Shown one piece after another: positions 1-9,514 of a stretch of 64,000 bases of DNA. The stretch is from sequence record SRR2962707_578; one strand, given 5' to 3'. The notes below the pieces were generated by a model. That model searched no databases. It was not told the DNA's origin and saw nothing but the letters and a program-made list of their open reading frames with translations. How positions within the stretch are numbered: position 1 is the first letter of the stretch; each line of letters opens with the position of its first letter. Made by a program: the position numbers and the translations under genes.

Positions 1-172
1 TGGTCTTGCCCATGCCGTTGCGCCCCATCAGGCTCAGGGTTTCACCGGGCATCAGATGAAGATCAACGCCATGGAGGACATGGCTCTGACCATAAAAGGC
101 ATGCAGATCCCGGGCATCGATCAGTGGTTGCATCGTTCGCGGGGGAGAAAGAGACGCGTTGAAGGTGTTCAT
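1..172 (-). CDS. ABC transporter ATP-binding protein (LivF-like), 5' part only, runs off the window
   Basis: Read manually on the - strand: ATG at 172 overlaps the upstream stop (ATGA); translates ...DARDLHAFYGQSHVLHGVDLHLMPGETLSLMGRNGMGKT (Walker A). Absent from the ORF track because it is truncated. Confidence 0.85.
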   Translation of the reverse strand, partial: MNTFNASLSPPRTMQPLIDARDLHAFYGQSHVLHGVDLHLMPGETLSLMGRNGMGKT

Positions 173-933
173 GCCTGCTCCTGTTGATGCCTGCCCAGGT
201 AGACATCACGCACTTTTTCACTGCCGCGAATGGCCGCCGTGGTTCCGGTCTCAAGGACACGGCCATCGACCATGACGGTGATCTGCTCCGCCAACGCGAA
301 AACGGAATCCATGTCGTGTTCGATCAGCACCAGGGTGTAGTCGCCGCGCAAGGCGCGCAGCAACCCGGTGACCCGGCTGGTTTCTTCACGACCCATGCCG
401 GCCAGAGGTTCGTCGAGCAGCATCAGGGTGGGCGCGGTGGCCAGTACCATGGCGATTTGCAATTGACGTTGCTCGCCATAGCTCATGGCGCTTGCCGGTG
501 TCGACGCGCGATGCGTGAGCAGGCAGGTTGCCAGAGCCTGTTCCGCGCGCTCATCGACTTGTCGCGCGGCGGCACGTGAGCGCCAGCTGGCGATGACGCC
601 GCCGAGGTGGATGCGTGCGGCGAGGCGACAGTTTTCGAGGCAGCTCAGGCGGGGGAAAATATTGGTTTTCTGATGACTGCGGCCGATACCCAGGCGGGCC
701 ACGCGATGGGCCGGCAGGCCGTGGATCGGGTGTTGTCGATAGTGGATTTCCCCTTCGCTGGGGCGCAGCTCACCGGAGAGCAGATTGATCAAGGTGCTCT
801 TGCCCGCGCCATTGGGGCCGAGGATGGCGTGGACCTGGCCGGGCCTGACATCAAAGTCGACCCGGTCAACCGCGGTCAGACCGCCGAACCGGCAGGTCAA
901 TCCCCGGGTGGACAACAAGGGCGTATTGCTCAT
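169..933 (-). CDS. ABC transporter ATP-binding protein (LivG-like)
   Basis: GPNGAGKST Walker A, MSYGEQR signature variant, LLDEP Walker B, IEHDM; start moved to MSNTPLL (933). Confidence 0.93.
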   Translation of the reverse strand: MSNTPLLSTRGLTCRFGGLTAVDRVDFDVRPGQVHAILGPNGAGKSTLINLLSGELRPSEGEIHYRQHPIHGLPAHRVARLGIGRSHQKTNIFPRLSCLENCRLAARIHLGGVIASWRSRAAARQVDERAEQALATCLLTHRASTPASAMSYGEQRQLQIAMVLATAPTLMLLDEPLAGMGREETSRVTGLLRALRGDYTLVLIEHDMDSVFALAEQITVMVDGRVLETGTTAAIRGSEKVRDVYLGRHQQEQA

Positions 934-937
934 GACA

Positions 938-2014
938 TCAGCCCTCCTCGTGCTTGTGGGGTCCGGCAAGGCCCAGATGCGCTTTGGTCGAAGCGGAGGG
1001 ACGGGTCCGGAATAATCCGCCAACACCAACCCTGAGCAGCCTGAGACGGGGTGGGTCGAGAATGAGACCGGCCAGCCCCTTCGGTAACACCAATACGATC
1101 AGAATAATCGTCAGCCCCATCAGCAGTTGCCAATAGAGGGTCAGATGTTCGAAGGCGTAGTGCAGCAGCTCGTAAGCGAAGGCGCCGAGCACCGGACCGA
1201 ACAGCGTGCCCATGCCGCCTAGAATGACCATCATCAGCACTTCACCGGACAGGTGCCACCCCAACTGCGCCGGGTTGGCGAAGCCATACTGCATGGCCGC
1301 CAGCATGCCGGCGACGCCAGCCAGCACTCCGGAGATGACGAAAGCCGCCAGCTTGTAGCCGTAGGTGGCATAACCCAGCGCCTGCATACGATGTTCGTTG
1401 TCATGGATGCCGTCGAGCACTTGGCCAAAGTAGGAACGTATCAACCAGTGCAGGAACAGGTAGGTAAGCAGGGTCATGCCCATGACGAAATAAAAGAACT
1501 GCAGCGGATTCTCGAGATCGATCAGCGTCTGGTCGCCGATGGTCAGGGTGGGTTTGAACATGATGAAAAGGCCGTCGCTGCCGCCGGTGAAGCTGGCGTC
1601 ACTGACCAGATAGTAGAGCATCTGGCCGAAAGCCAGAGTGGTCATGATGAAGAAAATACCCCGGGTGCGTAGCACCAGTGCGCCAATCACCAGGGCGGAC
1701 ACGGCACTCACCAGCATCACCAGTGGCAGCATCCACCACAGCGAAGCGGCGTTATAGGAGGGGCTGGCCAGCGCCAGGGTGTATCCGGCGAGACCGAAGA
1801 ACAGGGCATGTCCCAGGCTGACCAGGCCAATCACGCCCACCAGAAGATCCAGGCTCATGGCGAACAGGCCGAGAATCAGCATCAAGGTCAACTTTTCCAG
1901 GAAAAAATCGCTGCCGTCACCGATCAGAATGGGACCCCAGAGAGGATAGAACACCAGCAGAATGGTCAGCGCGAGCATGATTATCGGTACGCGCTTGGGG
2001 TAGCTGTGAAGCAT
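938..2014 (-). CDS. Branched-chain amino acid-type ABC permease (LivM-like)
   Basis: Multiple hydrophobic helices, GLVSLGHALFFG, FIMTTLAFGQ, ILGGMGTLFGPVLGA. Confidence 0.92.
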   Translation of the reverse strand: MLHSYPKRVPIIMLALTILLVFYPLWGPILIGDGSDFFLEKLTLMLILGLFAMSLDLLVGVIGLVSLGHALFFGLAGYTLALASPSYNAASLWWMLPLVMLVSAVSALVIGALVLRTRGIFFIMTTLAFGQMLYYLVSDASFTGGSDGLFIMFKPTLTIGDQTLIDLENPLQFFYFVMGMTLLTYLFLHWLIRSYFGQVLDGIHDNEHRMQALGYATYGYKLAAFVISGVLAGVAGMLAAMQYGFANPAQLGWHLSGEVLMMVILGGMGTLFGPVLGAFAYELLHYAFEHLTLYWQLLMGLTIILIVLVLPKGLAGLILDPPRLRLLRVGVGGLFRTRPSASTKAHLGLAGPHKHEEG

Positions 2015-2024
2015 TGTATCCTCC

Positions 2025-2885
2025 TCAGGCGAACAGCCCGCGCGGTTTGATAATGAGCACGGCCGCCATGATCAGATAGATGATGACGCTGGCGAGAGCG
2101 GGGAGCAGCACCGGGCCAAAGGTTGCCGCCTGTCCTATCAGCAGGGAACCGAGGAAGGCGCCCTTGATCGAGCCGATACCTCCGATCACGACAATGACGA
2201 AACAGGTGATAAGAATGTTGTCACCCATGCCCGGGTACAGGGACGTCATCGGCGCGGAGAGCATGCCGGCAAATGCGGCCAACCCCACGCCGACGCTGAA
2301 AATCAGCGTGAACAGAGTGCGAACGTCGATACCGAGCCCTTCCACCATGTCGCGGTTGACCGCGCCAGCACGGATGACGATACCCAGGCGGGTGTGGCGA
2401 ATAGTCCAATAGATGCCCCCCGCCACCAGCAGGCAGATGGCGGCCACGAACAGCCGGTAGACCGGATATTGCAGATTGCCGGTCAGGGCGATGTTGCCGT
2501 TGAGGGAAGCCGGCACCGGCACGCTCAGCACATCGCTGCCCCAGATGATGCGCTGGGCTTCGTTGAGCACCAGGATCAAGCCGAAGGTCAGCAGCACCTG
2601 GTAAAGGTGATCACGCCGATACAGCGTGCCGAGAAACAGCCGCTCGATCAGCAGCCCCAACACCACCGCGACGGGCACGGCCAGCAGCAAGGCGAGCCAG
2701 AAGCTGCCGGTGCGCAAAGTCAGATCATAGGCCAGATAGGCGCCGATCATATACATGGCGCCGTGAGCGAGATTGATAATGCCCATGATGCCAAAAATCA
2801 GCGTCAGCCCGCTGGCGATCAGAAACAGAAGCAGGCCATATTGCAGCCCGTTGAGCAGCTGTATGGCAATGAATACCGGATCCAT
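2025..2885 (-). CDS. Branched-chain amino acid-type ABC permease (LivH-like)
   Basis: ASGLTLIFGIMGIINLAHG motif, GGIGSIKGA, KPRGLF end. Confidence 0.93.
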   Translation of the reverse strand: MDPVFIAIQLLNGLQYGLLLFLIASGLTLIFGIMGIINLAHGAMYMIGAYLAYDLTLRTGSFWLALLLAVPVAVVLGLLIERLFLGTLYRRDHLYQVLLTFGLILVLNEAQRIIWGSDVLSVPVPASLNGNIALTGNLQYPVYRLFVAAICLLVAGGIYWTIRHTRLGIVIRAGAVNRDMVEGLGIDVRTLFTLIFSVGVGLAAFAGMLSAPMTSLYPGMGDNILITCFVIVVIGGIGSIKGAFLGSLLIGQAATFGPVLLPALASVIIYLIMAAVLIIKPRGLFA

Positions 2886-2912
2886 GAACGTTCTCCTCGG
2901 GTCGGTTGCCCG

Positions 2913-2930
2913 GCAGGGGCGTGCCCCTGC
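2913..2930. terminator. GC-rich hairpin between substrate-binding gene and permease (mRNA stabiliser/attenuator)
   Basis: Inverted repeat GCAGGGGC-GT-GCCCCTGC in the 2886-2951 intergenic gap; no clear U-tract. Confidence 0.4.
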
Positions 2931-2951
2931 TTCGCGGGTCGCCTGATCGAT

Positions 2952-4154
2952 CTACATACGGCAGCCACGGGCCGGGTCTTCCAGGGCCCGGCTGGCGACG
3001 TCGATGACCTGGTTGCGACCGCCCTTGACCTGGCGGAGATAAATGTTCTGGATTGGATGGTGGGCCTTGGAGAAGGTGACCGGCCCGCGCGGGCTGTTCA
3101 GCTTGACGCTGGCCAGCGCCGAGATCAGCGCGTCCCTATCGGCGCTGTCGCCGTCGGTCTGATCCAGTGCCTGGACCAGCATCATACCGGCGTCGTAACC
3201 CTGCACCGCATAGGTGTCGAGCTCGCGCTCATAGGCTTTGCCATAGGCTTCTCGAAAGGTGCGATCCACATCCGAATCGAGACCGTCGGCGTAGTGCAGG
3301 GTGGTGAGGATGCCCTCGGCGGCTTCGCCCTGGGCGTCCAAATTGCCGTCGGTGAGGAACCCGGAACCCAGCAGCGGCACACTGTCCTTCAAACCCACCT
3401 TGGCATAGTCGCGTACGAAGCGGACCGCGCCGGCACCGGCAAAGAAAGTGTAGACCGCATCCGGCTTGATACTGGCGATATCCGTCAGATAGGGCTGAAA
3501 CTGGGTTTCCGGGAACGGCACGAGGATTTGTTTGACGATCTCACCGCCGGCTTTGGTGAAGGACTCCTCGAAGCCAGCGATATCCTCCTTGCCGCCGGCG
3601 TAGTTCCAGGTGATGGTCACGACTTTGCGGTGTCCACGATCATAGGCCACCTTGCCCATGGGGTAGCTGTCCTGCCACATGGAAAAAGAAGTACGGAACA
3701 CGTTGGGCATGCACAGTTGCCCGGTGGCCGCGCCCAGGCCGGCATTGGGGATGATCATGATGGCGCCGGTCTGCTTCGCCACTTTCAACATGCCCATGGC
3801 CACGCCGGAGTGCACCGGACCAATGACCACATCAACCTTGTCGCCCTTGACCAGGCGGCTCATGTTCTGCGGCGCCTTGGAGGCGTCAGCCTCACTGTCG
3901 AGGACAACGTATTCCACCGGGCGCCCGCCCAGTTGATCACCGTTTTGTTTGATCGCCAGTTTCAGGCCATTGGTGATGGATTCGCCAAGGGGAGCGTAGG
4001 TGCCTGAATAGGGCAGCATCAGTCCGAGTTTTACCGGCGCTGCCTGTCCTGCCTCGTTTTGTTGCGCCAATAGGGGTTGCAACGAAGCCAGCAAGAAGAG
4101 CCCCAGGCCGGTCAGCAGGTGTCGGGTGTGTTTGCGTATGCGTGTTTGTTTCAT
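2952..4154 (-). CDS. ABC transporter substrate-binding protein (LivJ fold), probably for benzoate/aromatic acids
   Basis: Signal peptide, VKLGLMLPYSGTYA, GPVHSGVA; directly downstream of boxA. Confidence 0.88.
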   Translation of the reverse strand: MKQTRIRKHTRHLLTGLGLFLLASLQPLLAQQNEAGQAAPVKLGLMLPYSGTYAPLGESITNGLKLAIKQNGDQLGGRPVEYVVLDSEADASKAPQNMSRLVKGDKVDVVIGPVHSGVAMGMLKVAKQTGAIMIIPNAGLGAATGQLCMPNVFRTSFSMWQDSYPMGKVAYDRGHRKVVTITWNYAGGKEDIAGFEESFTKAGGEIVKQILVPFPETQFQPYLTDIASIKPDAVYTFFAGAGAVRFVRDYAKVGLKDSVPLLGSGFLTDGNLDAQGEAAEGILTTLHYADGLDSDVDRTFREAYGKAYERELDTYAVQGYDAGMMLVQALDQTDGDSADRDALISALASVKLNSPRGPVTFSKAHHPIQNIYLRQVKGGRNQVIDVASRALEDPARGCRM

Positions 4155-4229
4155 TTTTTCTCTCCTGGCAGGCCAGTCCTGCCCGTTTTTTGTTGTAATG
4201 CTTTGGTTTAATGGGATCCCGAGCAGACC

Positions 4230-5405
4230 CTAGTAGGTCTCCACGTGATAGCGCCCGAGGCGGACCATGTCGTCGCGTAAAACGGGCCAGTCGAGTCCGT
4301 GTTTTTCCGCGATCATATGGAGCGATTCCTCGACGCCTTGCTCCATGCCTTTCAAGCCGCAGATGTAAATGTGGGTGTGGCTGTTGCCAAGCAACTCGCC
4401 AAGCAGGTTGCCGCGCGCCTTCATCCGGTGCTGGACGTATTCCTTGTCCGCATCCGGCAGCCGGGAGAACACCAGTTCCTTGTGGATGAGACTGTCTGGC
4501 AGCTTGCTGAGCGGGCCGAAATAGGGCAGTTCTTTGGGAGTGCGGGCGCCGAAAAATAACACCAGCCGGCCGTTGGCGTCCGGCTGCTTGCGGCGCCGGC
4601 GTTCGGTCATGGCGCGAAAGGGCGCCGATCCGGTACCGGTACAAATCATGATGATGTTGGCGTCCGGGTGCTCGGGCATCAGGAAGCTGTCCCCGAATGG
4701 TCCCACCACTTCCACCTCGTCGCCCTTGTTCAGGTCGCAGATGAAGTTGGAGGCAACGCCGCCGTTCACGCGCTTTACCGTCAGTGACAGATTGTTGTGA
4801 TTGGGGCGCTCCCCGTCGCGGGGGCTGGCGACGGAATACAGTCGCATTTTGTGCGGTTTGCCGGTACCGGTCTGGCCTGGCGGCAGGATACCCACGCTTT
4901 GTCCTTCCAGTACCGGAAAGGCGGTGGCGCCGAAATCCAGCACGATATGACGGATGTCGGATTCGGTGTCTTCGGCGGTTATACGGTAATTGCCCACCAC
5001 CCGGGCGCGGGCGGGCGCCGAACGGGTGAACATGTTCAACAACGGCTTGCCGGCGGAGTCCGGCGCGCGGGCGCGCACGCCGGCGTGGGCCTGGGCCAGC
5101 AGTTCGCGGACTTCGTCGTCATCGTCGGGGGTATCGCTGTCACTCAGTGCTTCGGTGTTTTCTTCCGGCAGCTCATCCCACTCGAACTGCTGCTCGGTGG
5201 TAAAGGGCTCGTTGACCAGCCTCCAGTTGTCAATGGCGCCGGTGGGGCAGGGGGCGATACAGTCCATGCAGTAGTTGCACTTGTCCGCATCCACCACATA
5301 GTTGTCTTCGTTGTGAGTGACCGCATCGATCGGGCAGGTTTCCTCGCAGGTGTTGCAACGGATGCAGATTTCCGGATCGATAAGGTGTTGTCGCAACAAA
5401 CTCAT
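4230..5405 (-). CDS. boxA: Benzoyl-CoA 2,3-epoxidase reductase subunit BoxA
   Basis: QHLIDPEICIRCNTCEETCP plus a second 4Fe-4S motif, FNR domain (RLYSVAS, CTGTGSAPFR, YICGLKGM, C-terminal VETY). Confidence 0.96.
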   Translation of the reverse strand: MSLLRQHLIDPEICIRCNTCEETCPIDAVTHNEDNYVVDADKCNYCMDCIAPCPTGAIDNWRLVNEPFTTEQQFEWDELPEENTEALSDSDTPDDDDEVRELLAQAHAGVRARAPDSAGKPLLNMFTRSAPARARVVGNYRITAEDTESDIRHIVLDFGATAFPVLEGQSVGILPPGQTGTGKPHKMRLYSVASPRDGERPNHNNLSLTVKRVNGGVASNFICDLNKGDEVEVVGPFGDSFLMPEHPDANIIMICTGTGSAPFRAMTERRRRKQPDANGRLVLFFGARTPKELPYFGPLSKLPDSLIHKELVFSRLPDADKEYVQHRMKARGNLLGELLGNSHTHIYICGLKGMEQGVEESLHMIAEKHGLDWPVLRDDMVRLGRYHVETY

Positions 5406-5459
5406 GATGTGTCCTCTCGCTCTTGCCGCGGGCGCCGCGACGCCCGCGCAGCGGCAAAA

Positions 5460-6911
5460 TCAGCCGGCCAGACGCACGTACTCGAAGTCGCCGGGTTTGT
5501 TATCAATGCCGACTTTTGGGGGCGCGATCCAACCGGCGTATTGGCCGGGTTCGGTGACTGGCCTCATCAGTGAGTCCAGGTACGCGAGATCAGAGGCGGT
5601 GGGCAACCAGGTGTCGCGATTGGCTTCGAAGATGGACTGGTCGATAACGGCACCATCAGGGGAAACGAACAGGCCGCTGAACTCGCCGATCTGACGATTG
5701 AAGGCGATGTGAGGCAACGACAGTTCATAATCAAAGCCGGCTTTCTTGATCAATTTGTTCCAGCGCTTCACGCCACCCTCGGCGTCCTTGACGTAGTCAT
5801 CACGCAGCCGGGCATTGATAGCGTTGAGGGCGGTTTCTTCCACCATCTTCAATTCACCGTCGACCACCTTGAGGACCGCGTAGGTGTCGTTGTGCAGTTG
5901 ATGGTCATCGTCGATCCGGGTTTCCTGGTAACGGCCCTTGATACCGGCTTCATAGGCGGAAGCGGCGTTAGTGGAGACCTCGTTGCCAAACAGATCCAGC
6001 GTCACGGCAAGATGGAAATTCATCTTGCGCTGGATCATCGGCAGGTCCATCACGCCCAGCTTGCGCACCGCCTCCACATCAGTGGGGTCGGTGATGCCGG
6101 CCTCATTCATGGCTTCGCAGGTGCGCTGGATGATGCGGGAGATACCAGACTCCCCCACGAACATGTGATGGGCTTCCTCGGTGAGCATGAAGCGGCAGGT
6201 ACGCGATAGCGGATCGAAGCCGGATTGCGCCAGGGACTCCAGTTGCATCTTGCCGTCGCGGTCAGTGAAGAAGGTGAACATGAAGAACGACAACCAATCC
6301 GGAGTCTCTTCATTGAAGGCGCCGAGCATGCGCGGCTTGTCCTTATCGCCGGAAGTGCGCTTGAGCAGATTTTCCGCCTCTTCGCGTCCGTCCTTGCCGA
6401 AGTATTTGTGCAGCAGATAAACCATGGCCCAGAGATGGCGGCCTTCTTCCACGTTGACCTGGAACAGGTTGCGAAGGTCGTACAGAGAAGGCGCGGTCTT
6501 GCCGAGATGGCGCTGCTGTTCCACCGAGGCCGGTTCGGTGTCGCCCTGGATGACAACCAGGCGGCGCAGCATGGCGCGGTATTCGCCGGGCACTTCCTGC
6601 CACACCGGCTCACCCTTGTGTTTGCCGAAGGGAATGGTGCGGCCTTCCTCGGCGGGCGCCAGCAGAATGCCCCAGCGGTACTCCGGCATGTTCACGTAGC
6701 CGAATTCCGCCCAGCCCTTGGGATCCACGCCGACGGCGGTGCGCAGATACACCGGTGTGTCCTGAAAACCGTCCGGGCCCATGTCTTTCCACCAGTCGAT
6801 AAAACCGGGGTGCCAGGCTTCCAGCGCTTTGCGCAGGCGGCGGTCCTCGGACAGATTGACGTTGTTGGGAATCAGATCGTCGTAGTTCACTTCCTGTTTC
6901 AAGGCGGTCAT
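5460..6911 (-). CDS. boxB: Benzoyl-CoA 2,3-epoxidase di-iron subunit BoxB
   Basis: QGDTEPASVEQQ, two ExxH di-iron motifs (EEGRH, EEAHH); lies between boxC and boxA. Confidence 0.96.
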   Translation of the reverse strand: MTALKQEVNYDDLIPNNVNLSEDRRLRKALEAWHPGFIDWWKDMGPDGFQDTPVYLRTAVGVDPKGWAEFGYVNMPEYRWGILLAPAEEGRTIPFGKHKGEPVWQEVPGEYRAMLRRLVVIQGDTEPASVEQQRHLGKTAPSLYDLRNLFQVNVEEGRHLWAMVYLLHKYFGKDGREEAENLLKRTSGDKDKPRMLGAFNEETPDWLSFFMFTFFTDRDGKMQLESLAQSGFDPLSRTCRFMLTEEAHHMFVGESGISRIIQRTCEAMNEAGITDPTDVEAVRKLGVMDLPMIQRKMNFHLAVTLDLFGNEVSTNAASAYEAGIKGRYQETRIDDDHQLHNDTYAVLKVVDGELKMVEETALNAINARLRDDYVKDAEGGVKRWNKLIKKAGFDYELSLPHIAFNRQIGEFSGLFVSPDGAVIDQSIFEANRDTWLPTASDLAYLDSLMRPVTEPGQYAGWIAPPKVGIDNKPGDFEYVRLAG

Positions 6912-6914
6912 GGG

Positions 6915-8558
6915 TTAAATCCTCTCGAAGTTGTAGGTGGGGCGAGAGCCGCTGCCGTACAGCTGCAGGGCGCCTTGCCGGCCGACGGCGTTGGGGCGCT
7001 GGAAAATCCAGTTTTGCCAGGCGGTGAGTCGCCCGAAGATACGGGTTTCCATGGTTTCCGGGCCGGTAAAGCGCAGGTTCGCTTCCATGCCGATCAGAGC
7101 GTCGGGGGAGAAGCTGGATCGTTCCTCGATCAGCAGCCGCAGTTCCTCGTCCCAGTCGATGTCATCGTAGGCTTCGGTGATCAAGCCGCCGCGCAGGGCG
7201 GCCATGGCATCGAGTGGTTGTCCTTGTTGCTCACGGGCCTGCTCTACGCTTTGCGGCTCGCCGTAGAACCGGGTTTCCAGCCGGGTAAGGCCGTTGCTCA
7301 TGGGGAGGGCGCCGAAATTCATCGCACTCAGCTGCAATTCCGCGGCTGGGGTGTCGTCCTGCTCCCACTGGCCGTCAAGCATGAAACTGCGATCGGCGCA
7401 GAACACCAGCTCGGCGAGCAGACCGGAAAAGCAGCTGCCGGGTTCGATCAGAGCGAACAGGGTTCTGGAAGTGACATCGAGACGCTTGAGAGTGCGTTTC
7501 CAGAACAGGCGGATTTCACGCATCAGCCAGTGTTCCTGCTGCAGCAGGCTTTCATAGCCGGCGATACGGGTGCCGTCGCCCTGGCTTTTTATCAGCCAGG
7601 TACCCATCTCCGGCTGATTGAGGCGCAAATGTAGAATGGCGTCGTCCAGGTCGCGGGCCAGCGCCAGCGGCCAGAAACTGTCGCCTTGAGCCTGGGCATC
7701 CGCGACAGAGCCGGGGGCGTCCTGTTGCGGGCCGTGCACAATCAGGGTGGCGGTGCGCCGGCTGCTGTCCAACTCCACGCTGAGATGGCGGTAATGGATG
7801 CTGTGCTCGCCGATTTCACGATTCAGCGGTGAAAAGAGCACGCCATTGGCGTTGTCCGGACGATCGGACCGCCGCGCCAGTTCCTGGGCACGGGCTGTTA
7901 CCGCCTGATCGAATTGCGAGGCCGGCGCCAACTCGTCCACCAGCCGCCAGTCGAGCGCGCGCTGGCCGCGAACGCCGTCTTCCATGCTGCAGAAGATGTC
8001 GGCCCGGTCCCGGCGTACCTTGCGCTTGTCGGTGACACGGGTGAGACCGCCGGTGCCCGGCAACACCGCGAGCAGAGAGACTTCCGGCAGTGACACCGTG
8101 GTGGTGCCGTCGTCGATCAGCAGAATATGGTCGGTGGCCAGGGCCAGTTCATAACCGCCGCCGGCGGCGGTGCCGTTCACCGCGCACATCCAGATCTGTC
8201 CGGATTCGACGCTGGCTTCCTCGATGGCATTGCGGGTTTCGTTGGTGAACTTGCAGAAGTTCACCTTGTGGCCATGGCTGGCGCCGCCGAGCATGCGGAT
8301 ATTGGCGCCGGCGCAGAAGATTTTTTCGTTGGCGGATGCCAGCACCACGGCTTTTACTTCCGGGTGCTCGAAACGCAGGCGCTGGACAATGTCGTTGAGT
8401 TCAATGTCCACGCCCAGGTCATAGGAGTTCATCTTCAATTGATAGCCGTCGAACAGGCCGGCGTTTTCATTCACCGCCATGGTCACATGGGCGACGGGGC
8501 CGTCGGTGGTCAGTCGCCAGTGCCGGTACTGGTCGGGGGAGGTCCGGAAGTCGATCAT
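6915..8558 (-). CDS. boxC: 2,3-epoxybenzoyl-CoA dihydrolase BoxC
   Basis: Crotonase fold: NSYDLGVDIEL, FCAGANI, GGGYELALA, C-terminal LTAWQNWIFQRPNAVG. Confidence 0.96.
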   Translation of the reverse strand: MIDFRTSPDQYRHWRLTTDGPVAHVTMAVNENAGLFDGYQLKMNSYDLGVDIELNDIVQRLRFEHPEVKAVVLASANEKIFCAGANIRMLGGASHGHKVNFCKFTNETRNAIEEASVESGQIWMCAVNGTAAGGGYELALATDHILLIDDGTTTVSLPEVSLLAVLPGTGGLTRVTDKRKVRRDRADIFCSMEDGVRGQRALDWRLVDELAPASQFDQAVTARAQELARRSDRPDNANGVLFSPLNREIGEHSIHYRHLSVELDSSRRTATLIVHGPQQDAPGSVADAQAQGDSFWPLALARDLDDAILHLRLNQPEMGTWLIKSQGDGTRIAGYESLLQQEHWLMREIRLFWKRTLKRLDVTSRTLFALIEPGSCFSGLLAELVFCADRSFMLDGQWEQDDTPAAELQLSAMNFGALPMSNGLTRLETRFYGEPQSVEQAREQQGQPLDAMAALRGGLITEAYDDIDWDEELRLLIEERSSFSPDALIGMEANLRFTGPETMETRIFGRLTAWQNWIFQRPNAVGRQGALQLYGSGSRPTYNFERI

Positions 8559-8639
8559 TTCGCTGCCTCTTCGGTTGTTGTGGGTGGCGCGGTTCCAGAG
8601 AGTCCGATGTATTCGGGAGGGTCATTATCAGACCCGAGG

Positions 8640-8716
8640 AAGAACTATAATGCATTTTATGGGGAAATAATGAATTAAAATACCATTCATGGCAAGGGGT
8701 ATGATTTATAGTTCCT
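8640..8716 (-). promoter_or_regulatory. AT-rich boxC promoter region with BoxR/BzdR-like operator(s)
   Basis: ACTATAATGCAT at 8644-8655 is identical to 11184-11195; degenerate TGCA-N6-TGCA geometry; weaker copy TGATTTATAGTTCC near 8702. Confidence 0.6.
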
Positions 8717-8719
8717 GAT

Positions 8720-9514
8720 TCAGGATGGAGGGGCGCCCTTCAGGGCGAGATCCGCGACAAAATGCCGAATGGTTTCCAAAGTAACTTCAGGCTGTTCGCG
8801 GTGAGGGGAATGGCCGCAGTGATCCAGCCAGACCACCTGGCAGGGCCCGGAACAACCCGCCTCAATGGCGTCCAGCTGTTTGTGGGTTCCGTACTGGTCC
8901 TGGCGCCCCTGGAGCAACAGGGAAGGGCAGTGGATGCCGGGTATGAACCCCCGCAGATTCCAGGCGGCGAAATCCGGATCCAACCAGGCTTCGTTCCAGC
9001 CCCGGAACGCCACATCAACATGGCGGTGATAGCGGGCCAGCCGTTCGCGCAAAGCGCCGCTTTGATAGGCTTCGCGGGCGCCACGGATGCTGTCGAGTCC
9101 CATCGGTTCGGTAAAAACATGGGGCGCTATCAGAACCAGGCCACGTACTCGCGGATCGACCACCGTCGCGGCATTGATCAGGGCGATGGAGGCGCCGTCG
9201 CTGTGGCCGACCAGCACCGCCCGCTGCACGTTGGCGGCGTCGAGTACCCGGGGCAGAATCTCGCGGGCCTCTTCGTGCATGTAGCTCAATGGACGCGGCA
9301 GAGTGACCGGATCGGAAGCGCCATAGCCGGCGCGGCTGTAGGCCAGCACACCACATCCGGTCAGTTCCGCCAGGCGCTGTGGAAACGCTTTCCACAACGC
9401 CACGCAGCCCAGCCCTTCATGGAGCAGCACCAGGGTGGCGGCCTGATCCGGAGGAGGGCCAAACCAGGCGGCTTCCAACCGCACACCCAAGACGGTCAAC
9501 GCTGTCAGCGTCAT
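8720..9514 (-). CDS. Alpha/beta hydrolase (putative lactonase/thioesterase of the box cluster)
   Basis: LHEGLG, GHSDG nucleophile elbow, D..YG and CGHSPH; overlaps the ligase stop (ATGA coupling). Confidence 0.88.
   Translation of the reverse strand: MTLTALTVLGVRLEAAWFGPPPDQAATLVLLHEGLGCVALWKAFPQRLAELTGCGVLAYSRAGYGASDPVTLPRPLSYMHEEAREILPRVLDAANVQRAVLVGHSDGASIALINAATVVDPRVRGLVLIAPHVFTEPMGLDSIRGAREAYQSGALRERLARYHRHVDVAFRGWNEAWLDPDFAAWNLRGFIPGIHCPSLLLQGRQDQYGTHKQLDAIEAGCSGPCQVVWLDHCGHSPHREQPEVTLETIRHFVADLALKGAPPS

Noticed and set aside
2394-4007. 537-aa ORF on the + strand
   Set aside because: Antisense to the clearly identified livH-like and substrate-binding genes.
6225-7634. 469-aa ORF on the + strand
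   Set aside because: Antisense to boxB/boxC.
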